This document shows, piece after piece, positions 27,450 to 40,414 of a stretch of DNA of 64,000 nt (position 1 is the first letter of the stretch; every line of letters begins with the position of its first letter). The DNA is from Squalus acanthias. Taxonomy: Eukaryota. The notes below the pieces were generated by a model. That model was given only the letters and a program-made list of their open reading frames with translations, did no database searches and was not told the DNA's origin. The position numbers were made by a program, and so were the translations under genes. The DNA lies in assembly GCA_030390025.1 (NCBI GenBank), contig CM059438.1:69690001-69754000 (forward strand). Direction: 5' to 3'.

Positions 27450-27745
27450 GAAAGAAAGTAAGAACTTGCATTTATATAGTGTCTTTCACGACCTCAGAAC
27501 ATCCCAAAGCGCTATACAGCCAATTAAGTACTGTTGTAATGTAGGAAACACGGCAGTCAATTTGCACTCAGCAAGGTCCCACAAACAGCAACGCGATAAT
27601 GACCAGTTCATCTGTTTTAGTGATGTTGGTTGAGGGATAAATATTGGTCAAGGCACTAGGGAGAAGTCTTCTGCTCTTCAAAATGTGATCTTTTATGTCT
27701 ACCTGAGAGGACAGAAAACACCTCACTTTAATGTCTACAGCCTGA
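27450..27745 (-). mobile_element. DeuSINE, partial
   Basis: Reverse complement of the 3' two-thirds of 55485-55937. Confidence 0.75.
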
Positions 27746-28216
27746 TATAGCAGCAATACTGCTTTAAGTCAATTGTAAGTCGTGAAAGGACATTACCAGA
27801 CTATTTTATGCTTTTAGTTAAGACAGTAACTCCTTATTGAAACCAGCAAAGCTCTGATGGCCAATGTGCACAGAGAGGCAAGGTCCACTGATTGCTGTAT
27901 GCTGTTGCCATTAGCTACCTCCAAGGCTTGCTCCAACAAGCCCTAATTGCTTGCTCTGAACTGACCTGTGTCTGCTCACAGCACTCCATCCTGGACTTGC
28001 TACATTACTCTATTTTATTCTTTAATATAATACAGTGCGTGTTTTCTATGTCTTCAGTACAACTTCATTTCAGACCACAACGCTGAAGTAAAATGGAAAA
28101 AAAAAACCCGCAGTTGATTAGTTGCAGAAAAAGAAATGGATTAAATCATAAAAGGTAACCATAGAGCCTGAGACTAGCAGGGTGCACATATACAGGAAGT
28201 GATAGCAATGGCTGGT

Positions 28217-28812
28217 ACAGCAGGCACCTCAAAGCACTGGAGAGGTACCACCAACGCTGCCTCCGCAAGATCCTGCAAATCCATTGGCAGGACAGGCGCA
28301 CCAACGTCAGTGTTCTCGCTCAGGCCAACATCCCCAGCATCGAAGCTTTGACCACGCTCGATCAGCTCCGATGGATGGGCCACATCGTCCGCATGCCTGA
28401 TACGAGACTCCCAAAGCAAGCGCTCTACTCGGAGCTCCGACACGGTAAGAGGGCCCCAGGTGGGCAGAGGAAACGCTTCAAGGACACCCTCAAAGCCTCC
28501 TTGAAAAAGTGCAACATCCCCACCGCCCCCTGGGAATCCCTGGCCCAAGACCGCACAAAGTGGAGGAGAAGCATCCAGGAAGGCGCCGAACACCTCGAGT
28601 CTCTTCGCCGGGAGCAAGCGGAAGCCAAGCGCAAACAGCGGCAGGAGCGCACGTCAACCCAAGCACCCCACCCACCCACCCCTTCAACCACCATCTGCCC
28701 CACCTGTGACAGAGACTGTAGGTCTTGCATTGGACTCATCAGTCACCTGAGAACTCATTTTTAATGTGGAAGCAAGTCATCCTCGGTTCCGAGGGACTGC
28801 CTAAGAGAGAGA
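28217..28812 (+). mobile_element. RTE-clade LINE, 5'-truncated, relatively young
   Basis: Open C-terminal frame ending CPTCDRDCRSCIGLISHLRTHF, (GA)n tail, perfect 16-bp TSD GATAGCAATGGCTGGT (28201-16, 28813-28). Confidence 0.92.
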
Positions 28813-29156
28813 GATAGCAATGGCTGGTTTCTCCCCGCACCCAATTCACAATAAATTGGTGAATACACATCCCATGAAACGAGAGAGACTACAAAAGCTC
28901 AGAAGAAAGGATTGATGAAGCTGCTGACAGTACAGATCAGGATGCAACATGATTGAGATCCAACTCTTTCACTGAGTGGTAGGATACAGATTTGAAACTA
29001 TGAATTCCCCACACTGCGGACTCACATTTCACTATTCTTTCAGGTTAAGATGTCAAGGCAAGTCTTCCAGGGCTGCTGTTATGCACATCAGTCTGGCCTT
29101 GGGCAAGATTATGAATCAGGTTGGCGAACTGTACTCTCAGCCATGGGATAGAGTCT

Positions 29157-30346
29157 TGTGGAGGAAAACCTAAAACTCGGGTGGGGGGGGGGGGAGGGAA
29201 AGATAGAGAAACTGAAGGGATAATTACTAGTCCTAGCCCTTTTAGTGCTACCCCAGATCAGGCGTATTCCCCAGACGTTCACTTTCAACTAAAGTTTGAG
29301 GTAGCCGAATCCTAAAGACGCTTAATTTTGTCTAAAGGTCTAGATTATCTCTCCCTAAAGGAAAGGAACAACCTGAAGCTGTTACCGTCCTCCAGATAGC
29401 ACTTTTAATAAGTTTAGCTAGACTGTAACGTTCCGGATATTATGAGGGTCCGGAAAACTCCCCCAGAATTCTGCAACTCCTCACCAAAGAGCGTACAGAG
29501 ATTGAGTTCGCGAGTTTGATACAGAAGTATTATGTGAGACAATTCTAAAAATACATAGATTTATTAAAGAACCGACATGAAATTACAATAGGTGTTTCAA
29601 TCGCAACATTAACAATTCCAAAAAGAGAAAGCTTACAATTCTTATTATCAGATTTTAACTTCGCTACATTTTTACAGTTCTTAGTCTTATTCCAGGATAT
29701 CCACCAAAATCAATACAGTACAATACCTTGATCCCCGAGGTACAAAGAGTTGTAGACTTACAGAGCTGCCTCTGAAGCCTGAGAATCGCTTTGCCCCTTT
29801 ACAGCGAGACTATCATCCCATTTGAAAGTTCAATATTTATATCCTTTTTCAGTGGTATTTCCTTTGAAGTTTTCTGCTGATGTAAGCTAATTATCTCTAG
29901 TCATTTTTCTGCTGACCCCTGCTATTCTTACAGTCACCTCAGCTGGTAGCAATGCAGAATTATGTCTCCTGTGTCGGTGTCTTAAGCTTAACACAAAAAC
30001 GATGTGACGGCAGGTGTTTCTTTTACTTGATGTCATTTTTATGAAGGCATATGTTTCTTAATTTTATGTGTTTCTTTCCGAAGTGTAATTTAGAACACCT
30101 TAACAGATGTACCATTGTGTTCTTTCCAAAGCTTCAGACTTCAGGAGCCTCCAACCTCCTGTTTCAATAAGGTTATTGATTCAGTGTCAACAACTTATCT
30201 TATCCCAATAGCCTGAATGCTGTTAACAATACAGCTTCTCCATTGTTAGGTCTTTAGATTTTCAAGCCCAGTTTGTCATGTTTTAACAAGGCCAGAATTA
30301 TTTCATAGAATGGTGTATTTTTCTGAATATGGCTTATTCCTTCACA
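29157..30346 (-). mobile_element. ERV-like LTR (about 1.19 kb) with adjacent polypurine tract
   Basis: Termini TGTGAAGGAA...TTCCTCCACA on the minus strand; GGGGGGAAA just upstream; TATAAA near 29838 and AATAAA near 29562. No TSD found. Confidence 0.6.
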
Positions 30347-31034
30347 AAATTTCCCCCCAAAAATGTGGAAAACCTAAAAGACTGTATGTGACCAACAAAA
30401 GCAGTATAATGTAGTTCTTCAAATAGATTATTAAATACAAGCCGAATGCAACAGGGGTTAGCATATACAAATGTTGTATTAATATCTGCAAGATTAAACT
30501 TAAAAGGAATTCGGATAATGTATGCTCCATCCTAATTAATACCACATCCTACCTAAAGATGAAGCTCTCGAGTAATTTTCCTAAGTCACACAATGATGTA
30601 ATCACAATTTGGCTGTCTCACAGTTGGCGCTACAAAGCAGTATTCACAATCGGACCAGATTTTAAAAAGTAATCAATTCATCAAAGCTGCTGGCCTGCGG
30701 TTAGTGTGATAGATAGCATGGGGTGCTGTTATAAAAAGCAGCTTTTTGCCTACAAAGGAACACTAATAGTCCCTAACTTCAGCACAACAATTTTCAGCTC
30801 TTTGCTTTCTTCAAAACAGAGAATGCGACAGGTGCTCCATATTTGCTTTTGCCTTGAAAAAGACGTGGTAATTGTTGTGTAGATTTTTTTCTTTAAAAGT
30901 GGGAATAATTTGACTGGTGATTGTGTTGGTTTTGTGTTGAAGACCACTGTTGAGAGACTATAATATAGCCAGAATGTAACTGATGTTCTATTATCATGGT
31001 TATCTATACTTTACTTTATCTGTGTTGCATACAA

Positions 31035-31585
31035 TCATAGAAATTTACAGCACAGAAGGAGACCATTCGTCCCATTGTGTCTGTGCCGGCTGAAAAAGAG
31101 CTATCCAGCCTAATCCCACTTTCCAGCTCTTGGTCCGTAGCCTTGTAGGTTACAGCACTTCAAGAACATATCCAAGTACATTTTAAATGTGATGAGGGTT
31201 TCTGCCTCGACCACCCTTTCAGGCAGTGAGTTCCAGACCCCCACCACCCTCTAGGTGAAAAGAATTCTGCTCCATTCCCCTCTAATCCTTCGACCAGTTA
31301 CTTTAAATCTATGCCCCCTGGTTATTGACCTCTCTGCGAAAGGAAATAGGTCCTTCCTATCCACTTTATCTAGGCCCCTCATAATTTTATACACATCAAT
31401 CAAGTCTCCCCTCAGCCTCCTCTGTTCCAAAGAAAGCAACCTCAGCCTATCCAGTCTTTCCTCAGCGAAAATTCTCCAGTCCTGGCAACATCCTTGTAAA
31501 TCTCCTCTGCACCCTCTCCAGTGCAATCACATCCTTCCTGTGACTAGAACTATACGCAGTACTCTAGCTGTGGTCTAAATAGTGT
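31035..31585 (-). mobile_element. CR1 3' fragment
   Basis: ERLDRLRLLSLEQRRLRGDLIDVYKIMRG; tail ends ttctatgatt. Confidence 0.85.
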
Positions 31586-32437
31586 TTAAGCATCTACATT
31601 GCTCAAGTTCACTCTCAGAAGTGAGAGTCTTGAGAGATATTAAAAAAATTAGGCAAATGAGTTCAATCCTGAATCACACCTAACCGAGCACAGATTCCTT
31701 ATGGGCCGTACAACTTACCATTCTCTCCCTCTAAAGAATTCAAAGATGCCAAACTACTTCAAGTTCACTCCCACTGTACAGATTTCCATTATTTCTGATC
31801 ACTTGTTACTTGGTCATATTGTAGAGCATTTTGTTAGCTGACTACTTTGTATTCAATCCTTTTAACATCAGTGTTTCATGCTAATTCTATTTTCTTGCAA
31901 ATAGCATTTTACTCTACTAAATTACCTCCCATTGACTGCCAATGTATAGACATCAAAAGGGTGACAAGCGCCTTGGACGGTCGTGCAAAATGGGCCATAG
32001 CGAATCAGCAGCCCGTTTCACACTCCGCCTGATTCTCTGTTTGACTGAAGTGTACAAAGTCCTTCCCATTGACAATTAATGCGTAAGCATGTGATGAACC
32101 AAACTACTTTCCATTCACTCCCAATGTGTCTAATCTGCCATACTACTCCCATTATGAAATATTTATTGAAGCCTAACACTTGAAAATCCTAATGCAATCC
32201 GCTGAAGAGAAAAAGTACGTTTGAGAAGTCCAGTTCCTGTTTTACAAAACACCATATTCATGTGACTTTGTGTTCATTTTGAGGCATTTAAATAATTGAT
32301 AAAATGGGCTGTGGTGCAAAGACTTGCAAATTTCTATTTTACAGTTTGTATAATTCATCCTTCAAGCTTTTGTTTTTGGACAAACCACTTGTATTATTAG
32401 GAAGCTTCTGATAAATGTCAGGTTCATAATTCAGTGG

Positions 32438-35220
32438 AGAACCAAGCTGAATACAAAATGTACAGGGGAGAACAGAAAAAGGAAATAAGAGGGGCAAAGA
32501 AAGTGTATGAGAATAGATTAGAGGGTAACATAAAAGGAACCCAAAAAGCTTTTATAAACATATAAATAGTAAAAGGGTAGTCATGGAAGGGTGGACCGAT
32601 AAGGAACCAAAAAGATCATCTTATGTAGGCAGAGGGCATGGCTGAGGTACTAAATCAGTACTTTGCATCTATCTTCACTAAAGAAGAGAATGCTGCAAAT
32701 GTCACAGCAAAGGAGGAGGTAGTAGAGAAATTAGATAAGATAAAAATAGATAACGAGGAGGTACTTAAAAGTGTGGCAGCGCTCAAAGCAGAAAAGTCAC
32801 CCAGTCCGGATGGGATGCATCCTAGGTTGTTGAGGGAAGTAAGTGTGGAAATTGCAGATGCTCAGCCCACAATCTTCCAATCGTCCTTAGAAATGGGAGT
32901 GGTGCTGGAGGACTGGAGGATTGCAAATGTTACACTCCTGCTTTTTTTTTAAAAAGGGGAAGAGAGATAATTACAGCCCCATCAGCCTAACGTCGGTGGT
33001 GGGGAAACTTTTAGGGGCATTGATCCGGGACAAAATTAATTGGCACTTGGAAAAATATGGTTTAATAAATGGAAGTTAGCACAGATTTGTTAAAGGCAAA
33101 TTGTGTTTGACTAACTTGATTGAGTTCTTTGAAGTAACGGAGATTGTTGATAAAGGTAGTGGGTTGGTGTTGTCTTTATAGACTTTCAAAAGATAAAATA
33201 TCACATAATATACTTGTCAGCAGAATTGAAGCTGATGGGATTGAAGGGGCAGTGGCAGCGTGGATATGAAATTAGTTAAGAGACAGAAAGTAGAGAGTAG
33301 TGGTGAAGGTTGTTTTTCAGACTGGAGGGAAGTGTGGAGTGGTATCCCCCAGGGGTCGGTATTGGGACCACTGCTCTTTTGGATATATATTAATGGCCTG
33401 GACTTGAGTATACAGAGCATAATTTCAAACTTTGCAGATAATACAAAACTCGGAAATGTAGTAAACAATGAGGAGGATAGCAACAGAATTCAGGAGGATC
33501 ATAGACAGACTGGTGAAATGGGCAGACACATGGCAGATTAAATTTAATGCAGAAAAGTGTGAAGTGATTCATTTTGTTAGGAAGAATGAGGAGAGGCAGT
33601 ATAAACTAAATGGTACAATTTTAAAGGGGGTGTCTGAACGGAGAGACCTGGGGTATTTATACACAAGTCTTTGAAGGTGGCAGGACAAGTTGAGAAGACT
33701 GTTGAGAAGAAGGCATATGGGATCCTTGGCTTTATGAATAGAGGCTGTGGGCTGGATTTTACCAGCCCTGAGGAGGCAGGTTTGGAGGCGGGACTGCTGG
33801 GAAAGTCAAAAAGAATGGGAGCCGAATGGGTCCCGAACCCGCTCCCAACCCGCCTCCAACCAATCTTCCCGGGAGTTGGGTCCCTGATTTGCGCAGGGAC
33901 CCGACTCCTAGCGGTGGGAAGAGGATTACAGCCACTTAACCACCTGTTAACAGGTAGTTAGCAGGCAGTTAAGAGGCTTTTCCCAATTTTTCGACTGCTG
34001 CTGCGGGCTTCCCGACGTCGGGGAACCCCGCCAGGGTAAGTGAGGCGTGCTGTGGGTCTGTTGTTATGTTGGTGTTTGGATGACAGCTGCAGAAGTGGTG
34101 TGAAGGATGCAATGGGACAATGGTTAGTATCAGAGGTAAGGAAATGTTGGGAAAGTCATTTTTAACGTGGTTAGATGTTTCTGCAGGTGACAAGTGGTGA
34201 AGTGCTTGTGTAGCCTCATCTCATCGGGAGAAGAGACAGATGGCTTCTGCAATCTCAGCTGCAGCTGCCATCTGTTTTATCCTAAGGAGAGAGTAATTGG
34301 AGAGCCTGGGTAAAAGGGCTCACCTTTGGACAGTGATTGTCAGTGTTTGACAGCACCTCACTGCTGTCAAACACTGACAATTCATCTGTCAAACAAGTGT
34401 TTAAGAAAACCAACGGATGAAGCATCATCAACTGACGTCATCTGACACTGGCTTTCCCTTAATTGACTGGCAAGCCTGCAGGGCGGGCTTAACAAGGCTA
34501 ATCAGGGCAAAATAGTGTCTGTTCATCAGATGTCGCTGGGGGCGGGACTAGAACCCGGAAGGCAGCAGTCCCGCCCCCAAAGCATCTCGGTAAGTAAAAT
34601 CCAGCCCATAGAGTACTAAAGAAAGGAAGTTATGCGAAACATTTGTAAAACACTGTTTTGGCCCCAGCTGGAGTATTGTGGCCAATTCTGGGCACCCCAC
34701 TTCAGGCTGGATGTCAAGGCTTCAGAGAGGGTGCAGAGGAGATTTACTAGAATGGTACCAGGGATGCGAGACTTGACTTCGGTGGAGATGCTAAAGAATT
34801 TGAGGTTGTTCTTCTTAGAGCAGAGAAGGTTAAGAGTAGATTTGATGGAGTTATTCAAAATCTTGGAGGGTTTTGAGAGAGTAAATAAGGAGAAACTGTT
34901 TCCAGTGGCAGAAGGGTCAGTAACCAGAGGCACGGATTTAAAGTAATTGGCAAAAGCACCAGAGACGACATGAGGAAAAAAGTTTTATTTGGTTGTTGTT
35001 GGAGTTGTCATGATCTGGAATGCACGGCCTGAAAGGGTGGTGGAAGCAGATTCAATAATAACTTTCAAAAGGGAATTGGATAAATACTTGAAACGGAAAA
35101 AATTGCAGGGCTATGGGGGAAAAGCAGAGGAGTGGGACTAATTGATAAGTTCTTTCAAAGAGCAAGCACAGACACAATTAGCCAAATGGCCTCCTTCTGT
35201 GCTGTATCATTCTATGATTC
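32438..35220 (+). mobile_element. CR1 LINE (decayed RT) interrupted by a Harbinger-type element
   Basis: KSPSPDGMHPRLLRE, SGIPQGSVLGP, NFADNTKLG; sequence rejoins across 33746-34608. Confidence 0.88.
33749..34607. mobile_element. Non-autonomous Harbinger-type element nested in CR1
   Basis: Perfect 14-bp TIR GGGCTGGATTTTAC / GTAAAATCCAGCCC plus subterminal match ggcgggactgctg; right half homologous to 4689-5060; TSD not clean. Confidence 0.82.
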
Positions 35221-37738
35221 AACTACACTTCAATCTGTTTGATAATACCTGAATAATTGACATACTGTAAAATAGTGTGAATAAACTATATATGTACTGT
35301 CATGCTTTGGGACCATTTAAGTGTGTGTTCTTGTGGCAGTCGTGCTTTAATCTCAGGATATTTTAGATATCTGTCCTTAGTTAGCTTAGATCAAAAGTCC
35401 TTAAATCTGCAATGTTAAATGCATCTTTTGATTTGTAGGTCTGGATTTTCACATGTTTAAAGTTCCTCACTGCAATACCTGAATCTTCATTGGTTTTTGA
35501 TCTGATTTCATTTAATTGTGATGGAAATACTCATTTCAGTTTACCAAAGCTTGTAAATGATGAGTTTCGTTATAAAATGTTACTGTTGCTCTGATGGCTT
35601 TCTAACCAGGTCTATGAATAAAGGAATATGGAAAAGAACTGAAATCTGACTGCATGGGATGTTTCTTATTTACAGAGTTGGGTCTATTGTAAACACTGCT
35701 CAGGATCGTAAAGCTGTGAGACCAAATTTTCTTTCAGAAACGATTTCAATGGATGATTCTGCCTGCTGCTGTAACACATCGTTATTTTGCGGTTGTCTCC
35801 TTTATCAGACATCAGCTTTTGAAGGCTCTCCTTGATCGTGGAGCACACAGCATCCTCTAAAGAGACACACCAATACAAACAGAGCAGTGCTCTTTATACA
35901 AGCTCAGTTTTCACACTTTGGTCTTTTGTTTATGTTTCTGAGTTCTTCCAAACATTCCCAGAACTGGGGGCTTAGGAAGTGAATCCAAGGCACATTTACC
36001 CGGATTTCACATGTTGGTTACTGTGTCAGTATCCTGGAATTCACCACCTACTACCATAGTGGGAGGGAGCACGATCAGCACAAGGACTGCAACGGTTCAA
36101 GGAGAAGGCCCATCACCACCTTCTTTGGGAAACTAGGAATGGGTAATAAATGTGACTTTGCTAGTGTCATCCATTTCTTGAAAATAAACATTAAAGCATT
36201 TAGTGACCGCTCATTCTGCCACTAAGCCCCTGCTCTTAGGAACACTTTCCATGCTTTCAGAATGATTCTGAAAACCTTTTATCTTCAACTGTACCTACGC
36301 TCCCACCCGATGTTCACTTCTGCACAGCATCCACTTCTCTGGTTTTATACAGGGCTATGGGAAAGTAACAGGACAGTGGGATTGGAATTAGATTGCTCCA
36401 GCCAAGAGGCAGCACAAACATGATGGGCCAAATGGCCTAAGTCTATGCTGTAAACCTCTATTGTTCACTGTCTATCCAGCTTGTGAAACACTTTGAGAGC
36501 CCTCTCTGTTGGAGCACTATAGAAATGTAAGTAGAACTTTATAACCTGCTCCCATTTTGTCCTTTTTGTACCATCTTTAATATTTCCCATGCTTGCCCTC
36601 AGAGAATGAGCAGGCAATCTGTAGTCAGGTCTGTTTCAATGCAACTCTTGAGTGGCAGCTGAAAGTTAGATGACAGCTGCTTGGGGTGACTTGTCAGATG
36701 TGTTTTATCTCTCGCTGTTGTTGGGTCTCCCTTTCTTTTTGAAGGAATAGCAGGGACCAGGACTTCACTGCTGGTAGAATCTTGCCACAAACATGCTTCC
36801 CATTGATCCATGGCACATCAAGTTGGTATGTCAACCCACTATACCAAAAGGGTGGCAGTATGCTATTCAATATTTAATACCAGTCATGAACATGAAATAA
36901 AATTGCAGAATGGAGGCAGCTTCACTGAGACACATTTTCCCCACATATCCCTGAATTCTGGATTTTAACATCTCCTGCAGAACATTCCCATCTCATTCTT
37001 AATACAAATGACCTTTCTGTATCCATGACAGATTCTGGACTAATGTAATAAATGGACTTAATATGGAGAAGTCAGCTCAGAATTGTATTAATCAAAAACT
37101 ACCGTACTCAGCTATTTAATAGATTGAACAATGTAGGTTGTGAAGCTGTGGTCGTGATTGATGCATAAAATGATCCACACCCACTTTCTCCACAGTTCCA
37201 ATCCAAATTGCTGACCTACACCAAAATAAACAATCATCAAATCATTCATCATCTGTAACACGTCACCATTACATTTGCTTCATAATACAAGTCCATTCTC
37301 AGCAAACCATTGCAGAATCTTCCAGTCCTTGATGAATGTACTGTTTTTTAAGCCCATTACCTATAAATATAAAATAAAAGCTTTACAAAAACCTGTGATC
37401 AGTCAGTAATTTCTACTGTACACTTTTAGCCTTACTTGTCAAATATCACTTATACTTTACATGCAAACAGCGGTGGGGTAAAATAAGCAATCCCTTCCCA
37501 CTGATTTTTGATAGTCAAAGGTATTCAAGGTAATGGAAACAAGGTGAGCAGATGGAGTTAAGATACAGATCAGCTATAATCTAATTGAATGGTGGAACAG
37601 GCTCGAGGGGCTGCACGACCTACTCCTGTTCCTATGTTTCACTGAGGATGGGCACAGAGATTTCCTTTGTTGACCGACAGTTTTCTCTCAGAGAAGATGG
37701 CAGATCAGTTTTTTAGGAACCATTTAAGTATAAATAAT

Positions 37739-38543
37739 GGGCCAAAAATTGTGGTCCACGGAGTACCTCCAGAGCACACCGCCGACCTGCAAAAAGAATA
37801 CGCACCGACCTGATGGTGGCCCTCCTTCGTAAACTTGCTGTCTGGCGCTGCGTGCTGGAGGGCAGCGCAATGCCCCACGGATCCTAGGGATGCAGAAGCG
37901 TCCCTGGGATCATGCGGGCCTGGTCCTCCAATCAGGAAACAGATTGCCTTTCATTCATTTAAATTACTACATTACTTCATTACTAAAGCCTTTAAAATAC
38001 ATACAGATTTAGCTTTAATCGTGGGAATTCAATTCATTACTCAGAATCCCCACTTCTAAACAAATACTGTGCAGAAAGTTATGAAATGTAAACATTTAAA
38101 AAAACCTGCAGCTTTAACATACACTCGGATTGCGTCTCATTAGAGCTTTTAATGCTTTAGAGGTACGCCGTGGACCACAATTTTTGGCCCATTATTTATA
38201 CCTAAATGGTTCCTAAAAAAACTTCTCTCAGAGAAGATATGTCATTTAATTTTTTTTAAAAAGCATTTTTTGTATTTCGGGTATCCACTTACGCTATGGA
38301 AACGGGTCCTGCACCTGTTTCCACCAGCCGTAAAATTTCCGTATGTAACTGCTGGGCAGTTGGTGGGCCAGCAATTAGGATTTCGTTGGCGGAGCGGATG
38401 GCCTGTCAACGCGTACGTTGACAGACCGCAAGTTGGGGATTTAGCGCAAGCGCACGGAAATCCCAAACTTGCGCTGGATTTCAAAGGCGGTATGACGGGG
38501 TACTCTGAGAGTACACAGTCATACCCCCCACAGAATCCCGGCC
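37739..38543. mobile_element. Non-autonomous Harbinger-type element with an internal inverted duplication
   Basis: Ends gggccaaaaattgtgg / ccacagaatcccggcc; perfect TSD AAT (37736-38, 38544-46); same layout as 10835-11596. Confidence 0.72.
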
Positions 38544-39641
38544 AATGTTTCTTCTTGAGATCCTGTTTGGTTTCAGCGGTTTCTCTGCTTGCTCTGAATA
38601 GAACTGTCTATGGATATAGAAGAGATGTTCTACGCATTAGTGTGAGGGAGCGAGATTAGCAGCTGATGTTGTTCTTTGTTTGGCGTGAAATGCTTATTGG
38701 ATGTTGTCCAGTTTCAATTGCTGAACAGCCAAAAGATACTGTAATAGTGTGGCAAGAGCATATCAATTCCCTATTGTTTTCTCTTCACATACTGTGACAT
38801 AGGTACATGTTTGATCTACTGTGGAAAGCTTAATGCCTGGGTAAATCTTGCCACACTTCAAACCAAAAGACCCAAGTCTGGTACTGAACCAAATGAGCTT
38901 CTCTCACTGTATGATGAAGTATGAAGAATTGAAGCAGATTGAGCCTCTGAAACACAAAAGCACAAAAACATAGCAGTAAATGTCAAATCCCCCATCTGTA
39001 CAGAGGCGGCTGTATTCCGGCATCAAGTCTCCTTCTGGCTTTCCAGCGCACTACACAAATTTCTGACACGATTCTTAGAGAAATTAGTAAACAAATTCTT
39101 CATGGTTACTGTGTTACAACATATTTGCAGTTATTGATTATTATCTCTGCCTCTGTGTCAGAGAGACTATTGGAATGGATGAAAGAAAAAGGTAAAGAAT
39201 TGAATTCAAGAAAAGTGAAAATCGGTAACCATAGACATCGTAAAAAAGAAATCAATTACAAAAGAAAAAAAACCCAAGAAGAAATAGAAAAAGTAAATGG
39301 GCTGTGCAGCGAAACATCTAAGGAGAAATGAGCAAGCTATAAATAATAAAGTCGTGATCCCCAAATGGGTCAATTAGTTAAGTCAGTGAGTAGTTGAGTC
39401 ATACCAGTATCGAGGAGTTCCCATTTTTGATCCCTAGTCCGATCTCCCAGAGTTAGATGATCTCAGTTGGGATTGGAGTTACTATAGTTGTCTTCCATGC
39501 CCCTGTGCGATTGGAAAGGAACATCTACCAAGGTTCCTGCTCTAGATCGTTATCCAATGGATCCTGCTGAAAGTGTCCACATGTGAATGCCGAGTGAGGA
39601 CAGAATCAGGCTCGGCCTATCATGTTTAAAGAGTCTGCGCA

Positions 39642-40098
39642 CATAGAAACATAGAAACTAGGAGCAGGAGTAGGCCATTCAGCCCATCAAGCCTGCTCCA
39701 CCATTCAATACGATCATGGCTGATCATCCAAATCCAGTACCCTGTCCCTGCTTTCTCACATAGAATCCCCACAGTACAGATAGAGGCCATCTCGGCCCAT
39801 CGAGCCTGCACCGACACATATCCCGCCCTACCCCCGTAACCCCACGTATTTAATTCCCCCTAACATATCCCATCCTATCCCCGTAACCCCACATATTTAA
39901 TCCCCCCCTAACACTAAGGGTCAATTTATCATAGCCAAATCAACCTAACCCGCACATTTTTGGACTGTGGGAGGAAACCGGAGCACCCGGAGGAAACCCA
40001 TGCACACAACGGGGAGAATGTGCAAACTCCACACAGACAGTCACTCGAGGTCAGATTCGAACCCGGGTCTCTGGCGCTGTGAGGCACCAGTGCTAACC
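39642..40098 (-). mobile_element. HE1-like V-SINE with double CR1-derived tail
   Basis: tRNA head with A box (tggcatagtgg) and B box (gggttcgaatc), V-domain-like tgtgtggagtttgcacattctcccc, CR1-type tails. Confidence 0.85.
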
Positions 40099-40414
40099 AC
40101 TATGCCACCGTGTTGCCCACTGTACTGCCTCATACTTCGAGAATGAACGCTTGGGCAGTGTACCAGAGGATGTCCAAGGCCCACCGCGATGTTTCCCGGC
40201 AAAAAGTAAACACCTTTGGGAGAGAAGAAGGGAAGGACAGAAAATTGGCAGAAAAAAGAGAATTCTGGGGTAATAATTCTTTATTTCCACCCATAAGGAG
40301 GAAATTTCCCAGAAAAAACATGGACAGTGGTTCATTGCTGCTGTACATTTTCTTGATGTATTCCCTTGTGTGTAAAGCAACATTGGTAAAACACACCAGG
40401 AAAATACAGCAGGG

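Noticed and set aside
40015..40098. tRNA genes (also near 55490, 59800 and 62930)
   Set aside because: tRNA-derived SINE heads followed by SINE bodies, not cloverleaf genes.
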